Sequence record: MT446414.1
Strand: one strand, 5' to 3'
Length of the DNA: 64,000 nucleotides
Source: Escherichia virus TH43
The notes under the pieces are model-generated. The model searched no databases, had not been told where the DNA came from, and worked only from the letters and a program-made list of their open reading frames with translations. Made by a program: the position numbers and the translations under genes. This document shows, piece by piece, positions 47,820-56,324 of this stretch (position 1 is its first letter; each line of letters begins with the position of its first letter).

Positions 47820-48395
47820 CCCTACCTGCTATCAGTGGCATGCCTACCCATAAATACCCTACCCATTAATATAAGCCATCTATTTAATACCCATGTATAT
47901 CTAACCAGTGATTTCCTACCCGTATTTCTCTTACTCATATTGAGAAGGGATGAAAGGCTAGACTCTGATGCACTGTTAAGGGGTTATAATAAGAGGGCTA
48001 ATAGTAAGGGCTATTATAGTAAGGTTAGTGATGGTAACACCATGCAATTATATCAATCCTCACACTACCCCACGTTTAATAGTAATAACCTATGTTAATG
48101 TTTCATGAGTGGATTATTGATGTATGTATCATTAGACTGGAAGTAATAACTTTCTTTTATTATTCTCTTTTAATCTTTTCTTTTTCAGCGTGCTGTTGGT
48201 CTTTTTCTTTTGTTGTTTGAGTAAATTATTTGACTGGTAATTAACTCCCGCATGGTCTGGTCTGTCATCTGTAACTAACTTACATTATACCCTACCCGTT
48301 TCCCCTTCCTCGTTAGGCTTCTTACCCATTGGCTAACCTATGCGGCACGTTCTACCCATCTGTCGTTGCCGTTGGTCTGCTACCCGTTCTATAAG
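47820..48395. repeat. dispersed YTACCC(A/G)T repeats plus TAAG(A/G)GGCTA direct repeats in ORF-free region
   Basis: about 8 CTACCC(A/G)T copies; AATAAGAGGGCTAATAGTAAGGGCTATTATAGTAAGG at 47981-48020. Confidence 0.5.
48100..48240. other. AT-rich segment (candidate DNA-unwinding element)
   Basis: long AT-rich stretch between repeat clusters. Confidence 0.3.
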
Positions 48396-48504
48396 TGTTA
48401 TAAAGTAACATTCTGTTAGTAAGCTGTACCTCTGAGTAAGAAAGTTTAGTAAATTAAATTCCTTTTAGATTCAATGAGTTATGAAATAGTTTGAAAATAA
48501 GTGG

Positions 48505-48532
48505 TTGACATGTTTTTCCTTTAATATATAGT
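48505..48532 (+). promoter_or_regulatory. sigma70-type promoter (TTGACA-16-TATAGT)
   Basis: consensus -35 and near-consensus -10; ~40 nt upstream of gene at 48571. Confidence 0.6.
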
Positions 48533-48570
48533 TGCGACTGTAGTTCACATCAACCGAAAGGATTAATGAA

Positions 48571-49434
48571 ATGTCAAAGTTAGCAATTAAATACTTGAAT
48601 CAGGCAAATGATGTACTTTCTCTGTTAGGTCTTTCCGTTGGTGTGCCTTCTCAATGGATGGATAACCAGCAAGCTCGTACCAGCTTTAAAAACTCTGTCA
48701 TTCTGGCTTGTCTTATCATAGATTCCGCTGCGAACGCCTTACAGTGTGAAGATGAGCAGTCAATGAAAGAGAATGGTTTTACAGATATGCAAGATGCTAT
48801 CAACTGTTACATTCAGGCTAATTTAGATAGTTGGACTCAGAATGATTGGCCTGAATCTTGCCGCGATGTTAACGCAGTATTATCCCGCTTGTCTGCTATG
48901 GTTGAAGCTGTTCAGAACAAGAAGAAGAAAGATAGCAAGCCTTCTATTGCAAGTAAGATTATGAAGTCTGTCAACCTTGCAAGTTATGCACTGGTTGCAG
49001 CTATCGGTGTCAGTGCTATCGCTCCCAATGTGCAGGCAAAAGACTCTCTTTCTACTGGTCTGCAATCCTTTGTTAGCACGTTTAAGAATGCTCCTGATAT
49101 GGCTTGCCGTGACGTTGGCAGTGATGGTAATGATTCATTCTGGAAGGTGCATTTTAACTCTGTAACCGTAAAAGATGTGCGTGTCACTCTTACCCCGTTA
49201 GGTGAGAAATCAGGCATTCAGTCGGTTATTAATTTAAAGCGTGCTGACAGTGATCATGATATGGTTACTTATTCTCTATATCAGAAGATTGAGAAAGAGA
49301 AATTACAGTTTGTAACTAATCTCGTTAGTTATGGTGATGTGAGTGAAACTGTACTCGCTACCACTGCTTACAATGACGGTGTAGCAGTTTATACAACCTT
49401 TATTAACTTTGCTAATTGCGAGGCTATCCAGTGA
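48571..49434 (+). CDS. hypothetical membrane protein (one TM helix)
   Basis: RBS AAAGGA; TM segment LASYALVAAIGVSAIAP. Confidence 0.5.
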   Translation: MSKLAIKYLNQANDVLSLLGLSVGVPSQWMDNQQARTSFKNSVILACLIIDSAANALQCEDEQSMKENGFTDMQDAINCYIQANLDSWTQNDWPESCRDVNAVLSRLSAMVEAVQNKKKKDSKPSIASKIMKSVNLASYALVAAIGVSAIAPNVQAKDSLSTGLQSFVSTFKNAPDMACRDVGSDGNDSFWKVHFNSVTVKDVRVTLTPLGEKSGIQSVINLKRADSDHDMVTYSLYQKIEKEKLQFVTNLVSYGDVSETVLATTAYNDGVAVYTTFINFANCEAIQ

Positions 49435-49679
49435 ACGAATCATTTGCAACCGTAATAAACTCTCATATGTGCATTCAGCATGGTGATTTGGTTATCAGCG
49501 GTAAATATGGGCTTGTACTGATCCCTATCCGTGCGCTAGTGTCTTTATCTTCATTGCGTGCACGCATGACCATCGCTCAGTTGTCCGGCCTTGATCCGAT
49601 GGATGCTAACGAATATCGTGATTTGCTGGTTAAATCTGGTCTATCGCTGGAAGAATTACTAACCATTGAGGATAATTAA
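49431..49679 (+). CDS. hypothetical protein (GTG start; track ORF begins 49416)
   Basis: ORF track. Confidence 0.4.
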   Translation: MNESFATVINSHMCIQHGDLVISGKYGLVLIPIRALVSLSSLRARMTIAQLSGLDPMDANEYRDLLVKSGLSLEELLTIEDN

Positions 49680-49681
49680 CG

Positions 49682-49954
49682 ATGGAAACTATTGCCATTA
49701 TTGAAACACATAATTACGGCGTAGGCATTACACTGAATTATGATGCTATGGCTGACGTTGGTAATTTGTTATTGATCACCCCTAGCGATATGAAAATTAT
49801 TGCCTTCACTGGTATTATGCTTATTGGTGCGGATTATCTTGAGCTAGCCCAATTCTTTGCCCGTAATGGCCTACTATTGGACGTTGACGAGGTGCAAGCC
49901 ATTTGTGAAACCTTTGATAACTATCTAGATAAGGTAGTAAGTGGTGAGCAATGA
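49682..49954 (+). CDS. small acidic protein
   Basis: ORF track. Confidence 0.45.
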   Translation: METIAIIETHNYGVGITLNYDAMADVGNLLLITPSDMKIIAFTGIMLIGADYLELAQFFARNGLLLDVDEVQAICETFDNYLDKVVSGEQ

Positions 49955-50053
49955 TTCATAAATATTTCTTGCATTGCCTGATTGCTTTCTGTATCATGTT
50001 ATTTACCTATGACATGATTTCTTATGTTGCACGTTCCTTGTAAGGGTTGGATT

Positions 50054-50380
50054 ATGAAAATTAAATTAGCTGTATGTGCTGCCTTGTTCGCTGTTTCTTC
50101 CGTGTCACATGCTGCCGTATTCAATGAGGCTAGCCTTGATGGTCTGCAATGCACCTATCTAATGGAAAATTACGACACTGGCAAAAAGTCTAGCAAGGTA
50201 GTATTGATTGACCTGAATGATTATGATCATCGTGTCGTTGATGGCAAGCATGCAATGCTAGTCAATGAAACTACAGGCAAGCAAATTACTATTGATCACA
50301 TGATGCGGTCTAGCATGACGTTGTTCGATGAGTCGATGAACGAAATAGCATCAGGTAACGGCACTTGCACCAATCCGTAA
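50054..50380 (+). CDS. secreted protein (signal peptide)
   Basis: MKIKLAVCAALFAVSSVSHA signal peptide; RBS AAGGG. Confidence 0.5.
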   Translation: MKIKLAVCAALFAVSSVSHAAVFNEASLDGLQCTYLMENYDTGKKSSKVVLIDLNDYDHRVVDGKHAMLVNETTGKQITIDHMMRSSMTLFDESMNEIASGNGTCTNP

Positions 50381-50400
50381 CCAACCCGTAAGACTCTCTA

Positions 50401-50426
50401 AGCGCCCTTTTGAGGCGCTTTTTTCA
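50401..50426 (+). terminator. rho-independent terminator
   Basis: AGCGCC...GGCGCT hairpin plus TTTTTT. Confidence 0.55.
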
Positions 50427-50586
50427 TTTCTAAGGTGATTGCACATCTTGCCCCTGTTTATCTCGTTAGAACGCCTCCTACATGCCTAGCTTTTGATTAT
50501 AATGCTTGTTTTCTTCCTCCCTTGATGTTATTCGTGCGCGTGCTCATCTATACCTAAAAGAAAGTGAAATTATTTTAGAAAAAGGT

Positions 50587-50615
50587 ATTGCTTTCTTTGC
50601 TTGATAGATTTATAT
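50587..50615 (+). promoter_or_regulatory. sigma70-like promoter (TTGCTT-17-TATATT), weaker
   Basis: sequence match only. Confidence 0.3.
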
Positions 50616-50675
50616 TTGAATCTCAGGTTTAGTTATGCAGTCGGTAGCAAGCCTGATAGGCTAGACTTTTAGCCT

Positions 50676-50688
50676 TGCTCTTTAAAAA
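50676..50688 (+). promoter_or_regulatory. boxA-like antitermination element (TGCTCTTTAAAAA)
   Basis: matches rrn/lambda boxA consensus; preceded by short hairpin. Confidence 0.5.
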
Positions 50689-50742
50689 CTCGATTAGTGT
50701 ATCTTGATAAACTCCCAACCATGCCATAATGAGGATTTATCA

Positions 50743-50943
50743 ATGAACATCTATACCTTCTCAAGCAAAGACACACAAATCACTTGCACTAGCATTAACG
50801 TTACTAACATGATTATGAGAATAGTCGGTAGTACATTACAGCAAGCGAAAGAAATGGTAGCCGATGCCGATAAAGGTAAAGCTATCGCGGTCTTATCGCT
50901 GGTAAGTACAGATAAAGATTTAACCTTTAAACGTATGAACTAG
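50743..50943 (+). CDS. small hypothetical protein
   Basis: ORF track 50704..50943; ATG 50743 after RBS TGAGGA. Confidence 0.45.
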   Translation: MNIYTFSSKDTQITCTSINVTNMIMRIVGSTLQQAKEMVADADKGKAIAVLSLVSTDKDLTFKRMN

Positions 50944-51010
50944 GGTAAGGTAAGGTTAGCGGCCTTAATGGTCGCTAGTTTATCAAGATGCATTAATCGA
51001 AAAATAGTTG

Positions 51011-51038
51011 TTGACACGTCGAATCGTTATGATAAGAT
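51011..51038 (+). promoter_or_regulatory. sigma70 promoter (TTGACA-16-TAAGAT)
   Basis: consensus -35; -10 TAAGAT. Confidence 0.55.
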
Positions 51039-51084
51039 GTGCACATGGTCAGCGATGACATAAAACATCCGGCACTAAGTGCCC

Positions 51085-51097
51085 CGCTCTTTAATAA
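51085..51097 (+). promoter_or_regulatory. boxA-like antitermination element (CGCTCTTTAATAA)
   Basis: preceded by hairpin GGCACTAAGTGCC; followed by TTTATC as in rrn leaders. Confidence 0.55.
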
Positions 51098-51172
51098 TTT
51101 ATCGTCTTGCCCTTTCGCAAAGATTCACGCGAGATAAGGGAAGAGAACAAAAAGAAGACGATAAAAAAAGAG

Positions 51173-51200
51173 TTGACAAGGTGAAACGTTCTGATAGAAT
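51173..51200 (+). promoter_or_regulatory. sigma70 promoter (TTGACA-16-TAGAAT) with A-rich UP-like element
   Basis: consensus -35, strong -10, A-tract upstream. Confidence 0.65.
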
Positions 51201-51223
51201 GTTCACTAAGCAGTAAGAAACAC

Positions 51224-51236
51224 CGCTCTTTAAAAA
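51224..51236 (+). promoter_or_regulatory. boxA-like antitermination element (CGCTCTTTAAAAA)
   Basis: ~25 nt downstream of promoter at 51173. Confidence 0.5.
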
Positions 51237-51340
51237 TATGAATCAGAAAGTTAAGCGCAACCGCTTACAATCTTGTTAATCCAATACGTGATTAACTGGT
51301 CATTCGAAAGAATAGACGAGAAAAAGATTTAAAAAAGTGG

Positions 51341-51369
51341 TTGACACGCTAAACAGGATGATTCATAAT
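51341..51369 (+). promoter_or_regulatory. sigma70 promoter (TTGACA-17-CATAAT) with A-rich UP-like element
   Basis: consensus -35, good -10, A-tract upstream. Confidence 0.65.
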
Positions 51370-51458
51370 GAGCACTCACTAAGCAAATCACCGCGAAGTG
51401 AACAGCGTAACAACGGCTAACAGTTGCATAGTGTGAGAAAGCACACTGATAGATTTAC

Positions 51459-51472
51459 CGCTCTTTAACAAT
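51459..51472 (+). promoter_or_regulatory. boxA-like antitermination element (CGCTCTTTAACAATTTA)
   Basis: near-identical to E. coli rrn leader boxA; preceded by hairpin GTGTGAGAAAGCACAC. Confidence 0.6.
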
Positions 51473-52285
51473 TTAAACATTCTCCTATATCGGTTGAATA
51501 TGCTAGATGATAATAACCATCGGATAGCATACCAGATAAAACGGTGTAAGATTCTCTAAGTTATCAGAGTAAACAATCTCACAATCCCTTACTGGAAACG
51601 TCACCACTGATAAGCAGATTCATCGAGTGCACGCAAAGACTTAAGCTAATCGCCCACGGTTAAGGGTAGCGGCGGTCATCGCTAACAAGGCGCTACGGTG
51701 AAAGAAGTTAATCAGGGTAGACAAGCCCGACTAATTAACGCTCAATTGAGAGCGGCGGGGAGTGGTTAAAAAGTGGCAAATTGCTATTTAACAATAAGGT
51801 TTAGTGTGAACGTTTACGAAGTGAATGATTTGAGGCCACTATTGATGGCGTACATAATCAGTTTATGTAGTAAACCTGCTGAAAGATATAAAACGTCAAT
51901 GTATCAGGCGGCTAATGACTCTTTCGCAATAACCTCCCGTAGTGGGCGATGGTTAGCGATTGAGAGTTGGTATAAAAGGATAGGCGGGAGCGAAAGCAAA
52001 GTAAACGATATTACCGACGGTTACAATAAAGTAACTAATTAGAGTCGGGCACACTGCCTTATTGTGATGATTGATCATCGCTATCAGGTCGGCTTCGTTT
52101 ATAGCGACTAATTAAAGATACCAGATGAAACATCACGGATAATGGGGCGGCTAGGTTAACTCCTGATAAGACCGCCCCACTTACCTATAACTACTTAATA
52201 ACGAGCGGTTATAGTTAAGTCATTGTGACTTGAATAGCTCATAGAGAGCGGCGCATAGAGCGTTTCAATTAAAAGGTAAATTATC

Positions 52286-53188
52286 ATGGCTAAATCTTTC
52301 AATCTGGTTAACGAATCTGGCTTTAACGCACTGGCTAACAACATTCGTAGCAACAACGCAGCGATTAAGCAAGATGTTTCTAACTTCCTGTTAGGTCACT
52401 TACAGCACTTCCGTGCTAACGGTAAGAAGTTAGATGTATTGCAGGCGGCAGTAGACTTCCTGTTAACCGAGCGTTACCGTGATTTAGATGTGATTGCGGT
52501 TGCAATCTCTTTCCTCACTCCTATCAAGTACAACAGCGACGGGGCGAACGGTAAAAAGAAATGGATTAATCTGGAAGGTGAAGCGAAAGCGAAAGAAGAC
52601 GCTAAGCCGGAACAAGTTAAGGCCAAAATGGAACAAAACCGTGCCCGCTGGTCTAACTCCTTTGAACGCTTTGCGAAAGGTGAAGACGTGCAGGTTGATA
52701 ATCCAGCTTTCTATAAAGGTTGCAATGACAACGTGCCAGTTGCCAACCAAATCAACCAGAAAGTTGGCGAAAACTTCAGCCAGGATATTTACGCCTTAAC
52801 TGATCGTTTGGCTGCAATCCGTATTGAAGCGGCCTTACTGGCTGATGAGCGCAACGGTGCATCTTCTGATAACACTATCGCATTGAGTGAAGAGGTAGGC
52901 AAAGTTAAGAAAACTTTTGATTCACTCCTTAAGAAAGTAACCGCATCAACTGTATCTATCAGCGATGACTATCTGATCAATGCCTCAGCCAAAGAGCTTG
53001 AATCTCTGGATTCATACGCTGATGAAATGGAGAAAGCGATCAACGAAATGACTGAAAAATTGTCTAACCTTCGCGGTCGTATCTCAAATGCTTCAACTGT
53101 CAAAGCGAACGAGAAGGCGGCGGCAGATGAGGAAGAAGTATTGCGCAAAGCTGCCGCAATCATGGCAGCACGCCAACAAGCTGCATAA
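52286..53188 (+). CDS. hypothetical protein (300 aa), first gene downstream of the tandem early promoters
   Basis: ORF track; terminator downstream. Confidence 0.55.
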   Translation: MAKSFNLVNESGFNALANNIRSNNAAIKQDVSNFLLGHLQHFRANGKKLDVLQAAVDFLLTERYRDLDVIAVAISFLTPIKYNSDGANGKKKWINLEGEAKAKEDAKPEQVKAKMEQNRARWSNSFERFAKGEDVQVDNPAFYKGCNDNVPVANQINQKVGENFSQDIYALTDRLAAIRIEAALLADERNGASSDNTIALSEEVGKVKKTFDSLLKKVTASTVSISDDYLINASAKELESLDSYADEMEKAINEMTEKLSNLRGRISNASTVKANEKAAADEEEVLRKAAAIMAARQQAA

Positions 53189-53208
53189 CTTACAATAAAG
53201 AACATATA

Positions 53209-53242
53209 AGGCGCTATTCGAAAGGGTAGCGCCTTTTCTTTT
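53209..53242 (+). terminator. rho-independent terminator
   Basis: GGCGCTA-TTCGAAAGGG-TAGCGCC hairpin plus T-tract. Confidence 0.6.
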
Positions 53243-53296
53243 ACTAGTGCATTGATTCAGTGTACTAATCAAAGAAGCTAAAAAGAGATAAACACC

Positions 53297-53521
53297 ATGC
53301 CAAAATTGAAAACAGAAGTTAAGATGTATCGTAATATCTTAAACAACATGACCTATCGTAAAACCGATAAGTATGGAATCGAGTGTAAATGCATCCTTAC
53401 CGGTGAATGGTATCCGTCACCGATTCAAGAACAAGCATTGATTGAAAACTCTGTTACTTACACCATCACGCAGGAAACTAAGCTAGGCCGATTCCTTCGT
53501 AAGTTAGGGCTACGCAAATGA
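53297..53521 (+). CDS. hypothetical protein
   Basis: ORF track. Confidence 0.45.
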   Translation: MPKLKTEVKMYRNILNNMTYRKTDKYGIECKCILTGEWYPSPIQEQALIENSVTYTITQETKLGRFLRKLGLRK

Positions 53522-53739
53522 TCTTAACTCAATCCCACCTTTGCCCTATCTGTAAGAAAGCGCGTGCTAATAACAACCATCGCAAGTGTAGTAGAATCTT
53601 ACAACGACGTCGTAATGATGCCGAGATGGATAAGCTGCACAAAAATCAGCATGAGCACGAAAGAAAACAAGCGGCGATTAGTGCATCTTCTGTAATGTAT
53701 CGTCGTGTAAGATCACTCCAATATAGGGAGGTTATTTAA
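53518..53739 (+). CDS. small basic protein with CxxC
   Basis: ORF track. Confidence 0.45.
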   Translation: MILTQSHLCPICKKARANNNHRKCSRILQRRRNDAEMDKLHKNQHEHERKQAAISASSVMYRRVRSLQYREVI

Positions 53740-53948
53740 TGACCAGCTTAAGCACGTTAGAGAAGAAAGCTACTCGTTTGTTAGGGCGTCGTGTCCGCTA
53801 TCACTACCTGAATAAAGGCAAGGCATTAACCGGACGTATTACCACGGTATCCAGTTGTCGCGGTAAACTGATCTCTGTAAGTGTTCTCTTTGATGGCGAA
53901 CGGGTAGCAATTACGCGTAGCTGGAAGTCGTTTAGTTTGATTGATTAA
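53739..53948 (+). CDS. hypothetical protein
   Basis: ORF track. Confidence 0.45.
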   Translation: MTSLSTLEKKATRLLGRRVRYHYLNKGKALTGRITTVSSCRGKLISVSVLFDGERVAITRSWKSFSLID

Positions 53949-54018
53949 GTTATTTGGTTAAGCCTTGCTATGTGGTAAGGCTTGCACGATATAATTTATC
54001 AGCGAAAGGAATAAAGCA

Positions 54019-54462
54019 ATGGCTAAATCTAAAATCAGCATGAAAGGCGGGCGTGTGTTCTCGATGAGTGAACTGGAAAAAGATAAGCCAGTCGCCACTA
54101 ACCACGTTAGCAAACGTAGCCTTAAACGTAGAGCTATCAAACAAGCCGCTCAAGAACATAAACCGTCTACCGTAGCAAAGGTGTTAGGGCGTCGTGTTCA
54201 CCGTGCTGATGCGCTTCTTCTTGCTGATCATAAGCGTTCCTTGTTAACCAACGGTGCAGCGAAAACAGAAGAAGAGAAACGTTTAGAAATCTTCTGTAAT
54301 GGTCGCACTAAGGGTAAGCAAAAGAATAAAGGTAGCACTAAGCCACCGAAAGCTTTCCCTACTACCAGCCAATGTGCACCTGATGTTTTCTACGCTGACA
54401 GTCAGCATAAATGGGGAGTCGAAAAATACATCGACCCCATCAAGGAAGCGAGAGTGAAGTAA
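54019..54462 (+). CDS. basic hypothetical protein
   Basis: ORF track; RBS AAAGGA. Confidence 0.5.
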   Translation: MAKSKISMKGGRVFSMSELEKDKPVATNHVSKRSLKRRAIKQAAQEHKPSTVAKVLGRRVHRADALLLADHKRSLLTNGAAKTEEEKRLEIFCNGRTKGKQKNKGSTKPPKAFPTTSQCAPDVFYADSQHKWGVEKYIDPIKEARVK

Positions 54463-54494
54463 GCCTCTTCTCTGTACCAGTAGTCAACTACTAT

Positions 54495-54547
54495 GACGCT
54501 CTTCTTGAGCGTCTTTGTGTCTGCCGCCTTTGTGCGGCTTTTTGCGT
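54495..54547 (+). terminator. two tandem rho-independent terminator hairpins
   Basis: GACGCTC...GAGCGTC then GCCGC...GCGGC, each followed by T-tract. Confidence 0.5.
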
Positions 54548-54703
54548 AGCTAGTGATGCCTAAAGGGAAAGCCCTTTGTGAATCATTGGCATGGTTCAAT
54601 CCCTATTGGATGGTCATTTGACCGGGCCTTTAACGAGGCCGCTTTTTTAAGAGTCTTTACGAGGATTCTTAAATGAGTGAGGTCATGTTCACTCTTTCAG
54701 GTC

Positions 54704-54730
54704 GCCCCGTCTTCGGATGGGGCTTTTTTA
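54704..54730 (+). terminator. rho-independent terminator
   Basis: GCCCCGTC-TTCG-GATGGGGC hairpin plus TTTTTT. Confidence 0.6.
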
Positions 54731-54781
54731 TGCCCGTAAAACAGGAGGTAGTAAGTTCTGATAACGACAGCCCAGCTACTT

Positions 54782-55168
54782 TTGACATTGACTATTTATT
54801 ATGAGGCAGGGAATCAGCCAACCGCTTGCAAAGCATTAGTAGCGGATACCGTAATAAACAGAATGTCACAACGAAAACTGACTGCCGAGCAGGTTATAAA
54901 CCAACGAAACCAGTTCGAGTGGATACCCGTCTTATTAAAGAAGGAGAAACCTTTCAAACGTTATGTAAAGCTAATTCGTGATGATAACCCTCTGACGAAG
55001 AAGTCAATCAGGGAGAGCGAGCAGCTTGCAAGACGTGCACTGAAGAAAAGTTATGTGCCTTTGTATAGCGGTACATACTTTCAGAGTAAGAGCGAAGGGG
55101 TGCCAAAGTGGTATACCAATCCAATGTATTGTGGTGATTTAGTGTTCAATAATAGTGCCCGTGACTGA
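54782..55168 (+). CDS. cell wall hydrolase SleB/CwlJ-like (Hydrolase_2-like) protein; start codon uncertain (no ATG)
   Basis: IYYEAGNQP...VADTVINRMSQRK...VINQRNQFEW resembles the SleB-type domain; AGGAGG at 54744. Confidence 0.45.
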   Translation: MTLTIYYEAGNQPTACKALVADTVINRMSQRKLTAEQVINQRNQFEWIPVLLKKEKPFKRYVKLIRDDNPLTKKSIRESEQLARRALKKSYVPLYSGTYFQSKSEGVPKWYTNPMYCGDLVFNNSARD

Positions 55169-55369
55169 TTCATAGGTGCCAAGATTGACAAACTAAATTC
55201 CCTTATAAATCACCTACTTATGATTTTCTCTGCAAAAAGTGGTAGTGATTCGGAACCAGAGGTAATGACTGTATATAGACCTCTGAAAATTATTGATAGA
55301 AATTAAGTTTAGAAATAATAAATTCTAAATAATATTTCTTATAATATCTTACTTTAAGAGGATAAAGAT

Positions 55370-55675
55370 ATGACTTTAGAGGTTTATAAGCTCCTTCTCG
55401 TACTCACTGTAACGATTTCTACTCTAGGATTTATTGCTTTAAGTAATAAGTCAGCAAGCTGGAAGCGTCGTTATGAGTTCCTTCTTAAGCAAGAGGAAGT
55501 CTTTAATGCTGATATTCGTTCCAAGTTGGTCAAGATGCAGGAGCAAATTGAAGCACGTAATGATCGTTTGGCTTCTTTGGGTTGGGAGATTAAGCGTATT
55601 CAAGATCTCAATAAGCAACTCACTGAAGAAATTAAACGCCAGAATGAGGAAACAGAGGATGCGCTCAAGGGTTAA
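55370..55675 (+). CDS. membrane-anchored coiled-coil protein
   Basis: N-terminal TM helix; coiled-coil C-terminus. Confidence 0.5.
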   Translation: MTLEVYKLLLVLTVTISTLGFIALSNKSASWKRRYEFLLKQEEVFNADIRSKLVKMQEQIEARNDRLASLGWEIKRIQDLNKQLTEEIKRQNEETEDALKG

Positions 55676-55835
55676 GTTCACCACTGGTCACACTGTTCGC
55701 CTTGTTGGCGGTACTCAAACAGGTGTTATTCGTCGGAGAACAACGATTGATGGTGTTCTCTGTTATCTTGTTCAGTGGAATGGTGAATCCTCTCCTTCCT
55801 TCGAACGTCGTACTGATTTGGTGTTAATCAAATGA
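55644..55835 (+). CDS. small basic beta-rich protein
   Basis: ORF track 55473..55835; internal ATG. Confidence 0.4.
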   Translation: MRKQRMRSRVKFTTGHTVRLVGGTQTGVIRRRTTIDGVLCYLVQWNGESSPSFERRTDLVLIK

Positions 55836-56062
55836 AAATTAATCTCCCATCTTTAGTTGTTACTAAAAAGCTCAGCGATCTACGTCCGGGTGATGTATTC
55901 CGTCTACCAACTAACTCTGAACACCTCTATCTAAAGACAGACACCTGCCTGAATGATATGCATCGTGTGGTTGGTCTTCGTCAGGGAACACTATTCCAGT
56001 TACAGGAACATCATGAAGTTATCCCTGTATTTGATGTTCAAGTGACTAATATTGGTGGTTAA
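55832..56062 (+). CDS. small protein, PGDxF paralog family
   Basis: LSDLRPGDVFRL motif. Confidence 0.5.
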   Translation: MKINLPSLVVTKKLSDLRPGDVFRLPTNSEHLYLKTDTCLNDMHRVVGLRQGTLFQLQEHHEVIPVFDVQVTNIGG

Positions 56063-56287
56063 ATGAAGATTGACATTGATAGTACGCCAGAGGTTGTAAC
56101 TCTCGGAGACCTAAATCCGGGTGAAGTCTTCCAGTTTAACTACAATGAAACTCAATACTACATGCGTACTGCGTGTTATGGTGAAAACAAAAGTTATTTT
56201 GTTAACCTTTATACAGGTAAGCGTGATTCTGAGTGTAAATCGACTGTAGTCAGACCTGTACCTAACGCACAACTAACCAACAAGTAA
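56063..56287 (+). CDS. small protein, PGDxF paralog family
   Basis: LGDLNPGEVFQF motif. Confidence 0.5.
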   Translation: MKIDIDSTPEVVTLGDLNPGEVFQFNYNETQYYMRTACYGENKSYFVNLYTGKRDSECKSTVVRPVPNAQLTNK

Positions 56288-56296
56288 CATCGACTT

Positions 56297-56324
56297 ATAG
56301 CCCTTGTGCTTATCAGAGGGCTAT
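56297..56324 (+). repeat. conserved hairpin ATAGCCCT-N12-AGGGCTAT (copy 1 of 2)
   Basis: near-identical copy at 62206..62233. Confidence 0.6.

Noticed and set aside
51773-52042. 89 aa GTG-start ORF inside the long early leader
   Set aside because: Weak start context and no recognisable features; the region looks regulatory. Kept only as a possibility.
54673-54804. Short ORF (MSEVMFTLSGRPVFGWGFF...) spanning a terminator hairpin
   Set aside because: The peptide is largely encoded by the terminator stem-loop itself.
55185-55213. sigma70 promoter at TTGACA 55185
   Set aside because: No acceptable -10 hexamer at 16-18 bp spacing; a TAATG..GTATATAG phage-type motif at 55262 is the more plausible signal.
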